A stretch of DNA of 63,764 nucleotides, the filler included, from Vannella sp. (Eukaryota): the NCBI GenBank assembly GCA_023345925.1. It is 6 parts of 6 records of this genome, joined end to end, with 100 filler letters (N's around TTAATTAATTAA, not from the genome) between each part and the next. Parts side by side here need not be neighbours in the genome. Positions count along the whole stretch, not along the records: positions 12,345 to 40,666 come from JAJQQN010001295.1; 5 more parts are not named here. The stretch is one strand, 5' to 3'. The notes beneath the pieces are model-generated. The model did not search any database, was not told the DNA's origin, and was given only the letters and a program-made list of their open reading frames with translations. The position numbers and the translations under genes are program-made. Positions 13,071-23,564 of the stretch are shown one piece after another (the stretch's first letter is position 1; every line of letters begins with the position of its first letter).

Positions 13071-14197
13071 CAAATCGCTATTGAGTGAAGGAACTAATGA
13101 ACAGAATGTGCCGGGAACAGCAATGTCAGCAGAAACCGCAAGATCAGTCCTATCCCTGTTTGGTGGAAGAAGGGTTGGATGTAAGGCAAACAGGGGTTTC
13201 CTGAAAGTTCTCATTATCTTGTAACAGAGCGGAAGGATGCGGGGGTGGATCTCATCTTCAAGCAGCTAAACTGCGAATACGAAAAGTCAGTGCGAAAGTG
13301 TCCCAACGAGATCTTGCCACGGTCATGACCTTAAGACCGCCCTCCACACCAGAAGAATTAAGGATCTGGTTCGAGGATGGGCGCTTGCCTTGCTCCTTCT
13401 CCAAAAAAGCTGTGTGGCCTTCCATTCTGAAGCAGTTGGACTCCATTGAACAAGAAATGGAGCAAAAGAGATCCTCTATTGCTGAGGAACGGGGAAAGAT
13501 AGAGGAGGCCGCGAAACAGATCCGGGCTACATTGGATTTGATTGAAGAACTCACTTGGACTGCTAGCGAATTGCAGGAAGAGAAGGAACGCCATGTTTCT
13601 CGCGAGAGAGGTCTTCAGGCAGATCTGAAAGAATGGAGTCAGCTGGAATCCATGTTGATATTCACTCGGTCGGCCGCAAAGATGGAGGAGGAATTGATTA
13701 GTGAGCTCGAAGCCCATCTTGAAACCCACAAAACAGATCTTTCTGCCCTTGAAAAGGATGAGGATGGGGATGACAGTCCCAAGCTCAGCCTGCTTTTGAA
13801 CTGTTTCGGGGCTGGTGAAGAAACTATCCTCGCCTGTAAACACCTCAGTAGCATGAGCTTGCTGACGATCCAACCAAAGGAATTAGAAGCTCTCATTTGC
13901 CATCTCCCAAAAGACCAGCAGATTGTTGTCATGTACTCTCAGAACAGGCTTGTTAACGCCAAAAATCCTTTTGTAGAGCATGATTGCACTTTGTGCGACT
14001 GCGAGACGGCAGAGGAGATTGCTGCCTTTTGCAATGAGAATGGGATGCACTCAGTGACTGCCGACCTTATTCAACAGACAGGAGCCTCTGGGCGAGGATC
14101 TTTGCTTTTCTTAACAGCTCAGGAACTCGGCGTGGCCAACGACAAAGCCCAAAAGACTCTCTTGGATCGAGTTCGTGCAATCCACTGGAACAGATAA
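12362..14197 (+). CDS. LRR protein (plant-specific-type 24-aa LRRs) with coiled-coil and Cys-containing C-terminal region; 5' truncated, possible frameshift
   Basis: Exons translate as xLxxNQLSGPIPEGISNLxNLTxL. Further exons 13105-13180 and 13228-14197, with a coiled coil (LDSIEQEMEQKRSSIAEERGKIEEAAKQI) and HDCTLCDC. Confidence 0.85.
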
Positions 14198-15444
14198 TAT
14201 CCGTCCTGCTCTCTTTCCTTCCTCTCCTTCTCGTAACCAAATACACTCATAACTTCAAAACAAACAATACACTCTTCCTGGTCCAATAATGGGCACCAGA
14301 GAGTCTCCAATCTCCCCCTCTGATGGTCACATCGGCCGCTGACACTGAAAGGCAGGGTTCAGGAGACGTAGATCAACTCCGATCGATTGGTTTAGTGGAG
14401 GCTTTCGTTGAACACGGTAGTGCAGCGCTTGATAGCTGGTAGGCTGCGCACTTGCCCGGTGGACACCCCTTATTCGAACCAGAATCTAGCAACAAGCAGA
14501 CCTATTGGTGTGTAGAGGCTTTCTGATGTTACGTGAAGGTCTATTCGTGGCTTATAGAGGCTTTCTGGAGGTGTTGAGAGGCCCAATCTATGGTATGGAC
14601 GGAACCCTCACTGGGTGATTCAATTTTTCAGTCCCAAACACTGCCGGTCGAAGCATCCTGATCTGAGAGTACATGACAAAGATTGATTGATAATCCAACG
14701 TTTAGGTACCGAAAAAATGAGCATCTGATCTGCCGGTCGGTTTCGCTCGTGATGTTGACAAAGGCAAGCAGAGGGTCCTCTCCTTTGCAGAGACAGTGAA
14801 CACCGCCAGTGAACTCCGAAGGGAGCTGAACTAAAGTTTCGCAGTTTGCCTCCTTCCACGCAGAGGCCGCGCGCAATGCAAGAAGCTGAACGAAACACTG
14901 TCCACTTCCACCAACAAGTGATCCTCTCGGTACTGAAGCGCAAGGCGAGCTAGAAAGCAGCTCCCCCTCATTGTTTATGGAGAAATTGTGTGGAGACCTC
15001 AAATGGTCGCGTTGGCGGAGCAGTTTTGGCGACGACCGATACAGAATGGGATACTTGGTGGTTCAGTCAGTCGCATGGATGGACAGGGTGATCGTTGTAG
15101 GGGGAGCTAACGAGGGTTAGGAACGAAACATGGAGGATAGGTGGGAGGAAGGTAGTTGAGAAGGATCAGAAATCGCGATCAACATGATAGTTCTGTCTGG
15201 GGCGGCACCGTGGTCATCACGTTCTCATGGGGATATGCCAGTTCGTTGTTCTTACCTGAGGTTAGGAGTTACTTGGATCAAACGGCATGGAAAGAATGAA
15301 CAGTATGTGCGGAAATTTTCGTACGATTGACAAATTGATTCGGCCAGATTCTTTTTTTTTTTTTTGTTGGAGAGACTTCTTTCAAGGTGATGATCTGAGT
15401 GGCTTGAAAGTGTTTAGATGCATCCTCGTTTGAAGAAGCTACTT

Positions 15445-15570
15445 AAAGGACCTGATAGGACGTGAGAGCTTTCTAGAGCGAACTCCTGAAGGACCTCAGT
15501 CAAGTCCTTCAGAGTGCAACTCTATCTTACTCGGTCCTCACAGCTCTATGTGAGACCTACTAGGTCCTTT
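15445..15570. other. Fold-back / nested inverted-repeat element (structured RNA or MITE-like)
   Basis: AAAGGACCT(15445-53) pairs with AGGTCCTTT(15562-70); inner TGAAGGAC/GTCCTTCA, TAGAG/CTCTA, GTGAGA/TCTTAC; separate CTCACA/TGTGAG hairpin. Confidence 0.5.
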
Positions 15571-15661
15571 GGACTCTGTTATCATTCACATAAACAGAGT
15601 ATGAAGACTAGAAGGGAGAGGAGGAGGAGAGTAGGGACCTTTTGGGTCATTCGGTGAGGGA

Positions 15662-17419
15662 ATGGCGAAGGACGAGCGCGCCCGATTGGTGGCGGCTTCT
15701 CCGACGTCGTATTCTATCAATCCAAGTGGATACGAGTTCTCTCCGTTGGAAGAGGATAGCTTCCCATCTCACATCGCGTACGATACGGAGACTGAGGAGG
15801 AAGGGGAAGACCTCCTCCGTCGCATGCAGGATCCCCCTCCAGGAGACTTGTACGGCTCGTCTGTAGAAGAAGCAGAGTCAACAAGCTCTTCTCACTTTGA
15901 GCCGCATGCGCGAAAGCCCTTCGTTCCTCCCTCAGATAGCGCAATGGCTTCACGCATGCGCTACTACAACAAGCTGGCTGCAGGGGCAGAGGATGAAGAC
16001 GATCGTTCGTCTTATCAGCTCCCTGCTCATGTGGTTCCTTCCTCTCTCTTCTTCCCGTCCATGGCGTCCATCATGAACCTCGGAAAGGACGAGTCGGAAC
16101 CCGAAGATCCCAAACAGAGCGACATTAAGCTAATCTTCTCTATCTGGAACACAATGATGGGTTCTTCGATGCTTGCTCTTCCTTGGGGCTTCTCAGAGAG
16201 TGGATTGGGGATGGGTTTGTTCCTCATCTTCATCCTCGGCGCTTTGACGTGCTACACTTGCGTCCTCATTGTCCGCCACGGCAAGGACTCTGCAGATTTC
16301 TTCTATCTTTGTAATGACTACCTTGGTGGATGGGGCAAGTGGCTCTGCTGGGTCTCCTCCATCGCAGTCTTGTTAGGCGGAGTGATTGCCTACGACATTC
16401 TCATGGCAGACATCCTCTACGCCAGTGTCAACAGTGTCACGAATGTTATTAAGATGTGGATAGATAATCCAGACTACCCAGTATCGGCCACCGCCACGCA
16501 TTGGTGGTGGAATACGTATGTCACCCCACTTATTGTCTTCGCAGTGATGTTCCCGATCTGTAACATGAGGAAATTTGGCATTATTGTGACCATTAACTCT
16601 TTGGGCGTGGTCTCTATCATGTATTCTGTTCTCTTCATCTTCCTACAATGCACTGTCCAACAGGGTTTGGAGTTCGATGGGGTACCTCAACTGAATTCGG
16701 ACTGCTTTGTACTGGCAGGACTCCTCTCTATCTCCTTTTACATCCACGGCATGATTCTCCCAATTATCAAGTCCGCTAAGAACCCCCAAAACAACGTACG
16801 AAATGTTGTGATTGGTTATGTCCTAGTTGGACTCTCCTACAGTATTGTCGGGGCTGTTGGATACCTAGCCTATTGGAATTCTCCTACAGTATCCGAGATA
16901 CCGGAGGAGTTCCTGCAGATTTATGATCTTCTGGGTGAAAGCACCAATCCTGGAGTAATTGCTGCCAACTTTCTCCTTCTTTTTCAACTGGCAACGGTGT
17001 TCCCCCTTCTTCTATTGATTGTCCGAATTCAATTGTATGGTCTCCTTATGAACTCACAATACCCTGGGTGGCAATACGTTCTTGGCCTTAATCTACTCCT
17101 AATGGGAGGTGCCACAATGTTTGCCCTTTTCTATCCCAATTTTGGGAGTATCTTGAGGTAATGCATCTCAATCGAATAACTGTGAGTTTCTATACTAATG
17201 AGTGGCCCTTACAGTATTACAGGCGCGCTATTTGGGACCATTATTGTCTTTTTCTTGCCCATCTTGGTTCACCTCAAGGCAATGAAGCAAAAGACAGGCT
17301 CTTGGGGATTCGTACGGTGCTTCCTTCATATCAGCATTCTAGTGCTTGCTGTTGGGGTGGCCCTGGGACAGTTTGTACCTTGGGATAAGATCCTTCCTGA
17401 AACCACCTCTTCTTCCTAA
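15662..17419 (+). CDS. SLC38A9: SLC38A9-like lysosomal amino-acid transporter/sensor
   Basis: IFSIWNTMMGSSMLALPWG TM1, about 11 TM segments, N-terminal RKPF...SAMASRMRYYNKL...PAHVVP motif. Intron 17158-17214. Confidence 0.85.
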
Positions 17420-17453
17420 AGATAAAGTGGGAAGAGCAAGTCACCTGTGGATT

Positions 17454-18110
17454 TCATTTATTCCAGAGGAATGGCAGCAAGTCGTACTGGTGAATTGAGT
17501 TTGGCCGCATGAAGCCCTCATTAAGGAGCAAGTATTTTTGGATCAAATCGGGAACAGACGGCATTCCAACTACACGTTCCACTACTTCTCGCTCTGCAGT
17601 GAGATACCAAATGGCATAGAGGCTGTTCGTTCCGGCGACAGGATCTGAATGGATGACGGTCAGAAAGGAGCCAGGCTGTCCTTTCCGCGAAAGGGCTGCT
17701 TTGTGGGAAGGTTTTGCCATTCCCCAGAAGTACGGTACCGAGAGATGGTCACTGGTATTCTTGGTCAGCTGGGGAACCAAGGGAGCCATCACCTTCACCG
17801 TGGTCCAGCCATACTCTTGGAGGATCTTGTGAGTGGCAAAGCCGCTTCCACTTTCCTTCACGAAGATGCTCTTCAACATTGGGACAGGGAAATTTGGATA
17901 GAGCAGCCTTAGGAGGTTGAACTGGCTAACAGTACTCTCAAGAGGACTCTGGGGCTCGCCAATGTGCACCTTATCACTGGTAACGGAAGACCGTTTCGAT
18001 CCCAAAGACAAACGAAACCCTTTCTCGGACTTGAAGTGGCCACGTGACATGTTCGAAATCGTCTTCCGGAGAAGAACAGCTGCGTCCACTGTGCCACCTT
18101 GGTGCTCCAT
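17454..18110 (-). CDS. Hypothetical protein with possible CUE-like and degenerate SH2-like segments
   Basis: 218-aa ORF; LLRLLYPNFPVPMLKSIF (CUE-like); PYFWG...AALSRKGQPGSFLTV...YAIWY (SH2-like). Confidence 0.6.
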   Translation of the reverse strand: MEHQGGTVDAAVLLRKTISNMSRGHFKSEKGFRLSLGSKRSSVTSDKVHIGEPQSPLESTVSQFNLLRLLYPNFPVPMLKSIFVKESGSGFATHKILQEYGWTTVKVMAPLVPQLTKNTSDHLSVPYFWGMAKPSHKAALSRKGQPGSFLTVIHSDPVAGTNSLYAIWYLTAEREVVERVVGMPSVPDLIQKYLLLNEGFMRPNSIHQYDLLPFLWNK

Positions 18111-18292
18111 CAAAAAATGCCTCCCGTTGTTGCCAGTCGCGCCTTGAAATGATCGATCACTTCAAAGAAGCCGACCGATTTACTTGCCATAGATGGATAT
18201 CGGGCGTACCGGTGGTGTGGGGATCGATCGGAAGGGTGATGATGGAGTTTATGGTACATCGCAGAAGGGAGTGAGTCGCATGAAGGAACGAA

Positions 18293-21200
18293 TTACTCTG
18301 CAATATTAAAGATATCTTCTGGTGCATCATCTGGGGAGATGTGAGATGGTGACGACGAGAAGTAGAATCGGGAGGAGCTCACCATCAAGGATCGTCATTG
18401 CATTCTTGGTGTGAAGGCGGATCCAATCATGGACGAAAGGGCGGAACACCAAAAGAGTGGAATGTGACGAAGCTCGGAACTCGAAACGGGCAATCCAACA
18501 CTCTTCTACTGGATCAAGCTCACCTGTGATCACCACACACAACTGATCGTTGAACCAGCTGATTGCTGCGGATTGGATCTTCAAGAGGGTGAGCCCAGGA
18601 ACCGAAACAAACGCTCTCAAGCTTACTTGGAAGAATTGCTCTGCACCCCACACACGCGAGGGTTGTGCGTAGAAACCGGGTAATGTGCTCAAGGAACTCA
18701 ATAACTCTGGTAATGCCACATTCTCGCTGGCCTTTGCCCCAACTTGGAAGCGAAGGGAGAAACTGTAGCCGGAGTTAGTGCTGCTCCTTCTCATTCATAA
18801 GGTTAGTGCTTACCGATTCCAATCACCCAGGAAGTCTTCAGACGATAAGGGAATCGGATGAAGGAAGTTGGAAGGAGGGATTCGATAGGGCAAGTTACTA
18901 AACTCGATAAGGTTTGACCAACTGGGCCGTTGGGTTTCTGTTAAGGCATCTTCGTTGTTGTTATCCGAGGACAAGAACATTGTGCGAAGGTGGAAGCTAC
19001 CATCTGTAAGAGAAGACACTTCAAAGCTCAGTTGCCATTCCATCGTCTCGCGGAAGCCCAAGTAACGAATAAACTTGCTGATCTGCCCTTGCGGCTTTGT
19101 TGTGCACTGAAGAGAGCCTTTCTGGCATACAAGCACCCGGAAGTTGCTGATGGGAATGTCCGTGTGGTTTCTCACTCTTATGTAAAGAGTCAGACTTGAT
19201 AGCTGTGGTTGAATGACATGCGCTACTTGAACGTCAATAGGTGAGCTGATGCCAGCTACCTGCGTCCATATCAGTTGGTCTCTATTAGTAGTCACTGGAA
19301 CCATTTGATCGAAGCGGCTGAGCCCCGCCTCCGCCAATCGGATCCACATTAAGTAGCGCGGATCATTTTCTGAGGACACAGAGATGGCTGATGGGAAGAA
19401 GGCTCTGGACACAGCTATACCTGCGCGTAGATGCCCATCCATCCGCTTCATCACCAACTTGCATCGCGAGATCGCAATGGGATTGGACGCTTTTTGCACC
19501 ACAAAGGTAAGAAGTTTCACAATCACGCCTCGGTCAGCCTCGTTGCCCCCACTGTAGATGAAAGCAAGGCAGTGAAGGAGAACCTCCAAGCACACATCAT
19601 CCGGAACGCTATAATCCTCCAGATCCGTCTACATTCGTGTTAGAAACGGAGAAGTTACATGGAAAGGTAATGACTCACTCCTAAGTATCCCTGTTGTTGT
19701 GCTGAAGTGATAATAGAGGTGCGGGGCGCATTCTCATTCTCTGGGCGATAGAAAAGGAACTTGGATCGAAGACATTCTAATGTCCGAGAGAGGACCGGCG
19801 CAGCTGAGTGTTTGGACAGTAGGAATAAGATAAGCGTTGATTGGAAAGTCGCCGGCAAAGCCTCCATGACTTCACTGGATTGAAAGTAGGCCAAGACGGA
19901 CTCAGACTCTTTCTTGTGCTCCGTAAGGAGTTGGTCCAGGAACTGCAGGAACCGGTGGGAGGAAGTGGAATCCAGAGCAACCCAACTGAAGCAAGGTAAC
20001 ATCACGCGCATCAAGAATTGAGCCACACTCGTCACGTCCCCTTCTTTTTCAGTGCCTCGAGATTTCAGATACAACGCTTGACAGCTCGTAGTGGCGACAA
20101 TGAAACACTCTTCGCCACCACTGGTTGGTTCAGGCTTCCAAAGAGACGCGATTGTGCTGCTCTCCAAGAATCGTTGGAACTGCGCGATGCTCTCTTTGTT
20201 GGCCACTGCACATTCCAACAAGAAGCCCCATACACGATGGAGTGCTGCTATACGCTCTTCGCGATCTGCTTCGGTGTTAGAAGTGGTGGGGGTGGCGGGT
20301 GGCATGTGGCAGGTGCCCCTGAACCCACCTGAGAGGAAAGAAAAGCGGTTAAGGATTAGTGTCGCGGTCATTTGGATCTGTTGTGAGGATTCCAGCTGAG
20401 GTAAGGCTGTCAGTACGACCTTCATCATCTCCAACAGCAAGGAGGAGGTCTCGTTCTCCATGAACGCCCCAAACGATGAGAGCATCGGGTGGAGCCACAA
20501 AGGGTGCTTGAGCTTGCTGGCAAGATAAAGTAGACCCTTCCCGCTTTGGAACGCCAGTCCCGTGTTTGTAGATCCCAGAAGCTCCTTCAACTCCTGCGCT
20601 AGATCGTTCACACGTTCGCCTTGGGCTGGTGAGGGAGGAAACAAAGGCAACGGGCAGATGTGGACGTACGGTGTGGTTTTGAGAGGCTCTGTGTGATTGA
20701 GATCACCTTGTTGTCGTCTCCTTCGAGCACCTGGACTCCTGTGTGAGTGTCACAACGAGAAAGAGAAAGGACGCACGTGACAACTCAGGCACGTGAGTAC
20801 GGGGATACAAGTGATCCTATAGCGACTCTCCAAAGAGTAGAAGTGTTCCATAATGGCTCTATACTGTGGAAGGAGAGCTTGGAGAACTCTCTGCCGAGAT
20901 CGGAGCAAAACAGCTCGAAAGTTCGCGCTGTCACTGCAAAGAGAGTCAAGGGACGTCCTACATGTGACCCGGGGGCGAACCTTATGTATGTTCCTCGACA
21001 GGTGAGAGGTGGACTCTCTGTCTCTTGTAAGAGAGCGCTGATGGCACTAAAAGCCTGTTGAGAGACGCCAATTTCCTTGTCTAGAAGCTTCTCTCCGATC
21101 AAACTCCATCCAAAGTCAGCAAAGCTCTCGTTCTAGTGCCCAAAGTGGTCAATGACGAGGCCTCTCAGTGGATAAGAGTCCTACGCAGCAGGTGGCCTCG

Positions 21201-21818
21201 CGATGGAAGAGAAGTGTTGCGAGGCACTCAATGAGAGCTTTGGCAACGATCGGGCTGAGCTCGGGGCTGCGAAGGCTCTCCATATCCAAGTCTCCCGACT
21301 CCATCTGGACCTGCCAGCCACACCTCGCGTCAGTAGCACACCACACTACGCAGAGGCATAGAACGAACCAGAAACGCGCTCCCAGGCAGGTTTGGAATGA
21401 GGTGAAGGGCTTCTACTTGGAGGTCCTTGTCGCTACCGCTCAGGTCCTGGAAGACAACCTCGATAACTTTGCTCCTGCAGGAAGCCTGTGTTAGCAGCAA
21501 GGAAAGGCGAGCGAGGTAGCTAAACAAGTTCTTACCATCTTTCCCCGTTATTGTCGCAGTAGCTCTGAAGGAGGGAGTAGCAGAGCAGCCGAAGGGCGCG
21601 GTTACGAGTGGGCATGAAGTTGGACTACGCCATCCAGTCAGAAGGACACGAAACAAGAAGTAAAGGTTGGTCTGCCAACGTACCACAATGCCCAAGAAGT
21701 AGGGGATGAGGTCCGCACCATTCGCAGCTTTGCTTTGGATCTTGAGGAGAGCCGCGAGGCATTTCTCGTCATCAAGTCCCACCAAGTCATCTAACAGCTC
21801 CATCCCACGAACTTCCAT
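18293..21818 (-). CDS. TPLATE-like large subunit of the TSET adaptor complex
   Basis: Multi-exon. Adaptin-like N-terminus (AALLKIQSKAANGADL, QDLSGSDKDLQVEALHLIPNLP), helical trunk, appendage (VAGISSPIDVQVAH...LTLYIRVRNHT...PYRIPPSNFLHPIPLSSEDFLGDW, SWFND, EFRASS) recalling TPLATE. Confidence 0.7.
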
Positions 21819-22337
21819 GATAGCAGACGATAGAAGCTCTTACGTGCGCCTTCTACAACCAAAAGCCCGGCTGCCTGCTTAACAGACGGCCTAACAAGAA
21901 TGGTCTCTCTGACACACCAAATTCACCATTTCTTGGGTCTAAACTTATTTATATCACATTTGGTTGGTTTGGCCTTTTCCGGTCAGTACCTCTGTTTGAA
22001 GGGGATCGGAAGTGAATGATGGAGGGAAGGGAAGGGAGAAGGTTAGAGAAGGAGGCTCATATCAAGTGTATCAAGAAAGACATCATGCCAGTGTAGTATC
22101 ACGAGAAGGGCGAGCCCAACAGTGCGGCGTTCAGTCGTTTGCTCTAATCATCGCCTCTTGCCAGCTTCAGACACTTCTCAGGTTATTTTAACACGTGACA
22201 GAGAGAGACGAGCTCTCCCCGCCATTAAATCGGCCTTAATTGGTCATCACGAGCGAAAGGCATGTAGAAATGACCACATCCTCGCATAAATTCGTTTATC
22301 ACCTCAACGGGTGCAAAATTTCCGTATTATTTGGAAA

Positions 22338-23469
22338 TTAAGACATTTGATCAGCTGCGGAGAATGCCAAAGCTCCGCTCTCGTCCATTTGCGAAATGGC
22401 CTTCCATTTGCCCTCTTCGTTGAGTGATTCTGTGTAGAGGGTGACTTTGTTGTCTCCGCTGGTGACAGCCAGGATGTTTCCGGTGGTGGACCAGCTGACA
22501 CGCCACACGACATTGTTCTCGTTCTTCCTCTCGATCTCTTCCCATTTTCCCTGTCGGTTCTCGCGCCAGATCACAACATCTCCATCCTGGGAGCAGCTGG
22601 CCAGTGTCTCATAGGGGAGTCCGATGTTAGAAGCCCAAGAGACATCGCGAACCCAACCATTGTGGGTTCCGATCGCTTGTCCAGCCCACTTGCCATCCAC
22701 AAAGCTCCACACCTTCACCGTCTTGTCACATCCTCCTGATACAAAGCGGTTTCCAAAGTCGCACCACGAAACAGACGTGGCTCCTGACTTGTGAGCGGGG
22801 AAGCGGTCCGTTGTCCAGTTGTTCTCTGAGCCATGCGTTAGTTTTCTTCATAGATACACGCTCTACAAAAAGGGGTACCTTTGAAGGAGAGGATTGAGAT
22901 GTACGTGTCGGAGGAGGCGCATGCAAGAGTGAGTCCGTGCTCCACTGGGCCCCAGGAGATCGAGTTCACTGAGCGAAAGTATAAACAAGTTTGTCCCAGT
23001 ACATTGCGAGGGCACCAACCTGAAGACTCGTGCTTCTCGTACGTGTGAGAGATGACCCAACCTGCATCTGTTTGCTGCCAGATAATGACCTTGCGATCAT
23101 ACCCGCAAGAGGCGAGGATGCTTCCGAACTTGGGGTGTGCCCATGCAACTTGCCAAACAGGCCCCTCATGCCTAGAGCGGATGAGAACCTGCTGCATCTG
23201 GTGAAGAGTTCTGCTTACCCTCGAAGCTCAGCGAGAGGTGTGTGGGAGCGGTTCTCAACGTTAAAGATCTTGATGGTCCTATCAGAAGAAGCAGTAGCCA
23301 CTCGCTTCCCGTAGAAGTCGATTTGTACATCGTGCTGTCAACAACTCAGAACACTGACCCGTGGCCTGCCTACACCACTTACGATAAGATCAGTGTGTTG
23401 CGTATCAATAGTGCTTGTCTAATCCAGAAGCCTGTGAGTACAAGCCACCGCCAAGGAAGAACCCACCAT
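22338..23469 (-). CDS. SEC13: Protein transport protein SEC13 (WD40; COPII/nucleoporin)
   Basis: [77 protein letters not shown]. Confidence 0.97.
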
Positions 23470-23564
23470 CACAACCGCCCAATAACGAGTGACACGTGGA
23501 AAACCCTCGAAAGATAGAGTTTTATTCAAAATGTAGGTGAGTTGTGATGAAGGGGATGGCAGCT

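Noticed and set aside
14200..15440. Gene-poor stretch with short minus-strand ORFs (14628-15002) and a weak hairpin near 14420-14452
   Set aside because: No recognisable motifs, consistent splice model or tRNA cloverleaf; possibly decayed sequence.
22061..22100. U2 snRNA-like words ATCAAGTGTA and GTGTAGTATC
   Set aside because: Not contiguous; no 5' stem, following TGTTC or Sm site. Likely chance.
21830..22330. Intergenic region with TATA-like ATATAAATA and a possible 5' UTR intron/uORF for the TPLATE-like gene
   Set aside because: Cannot be distinguished from chance without transcript data.
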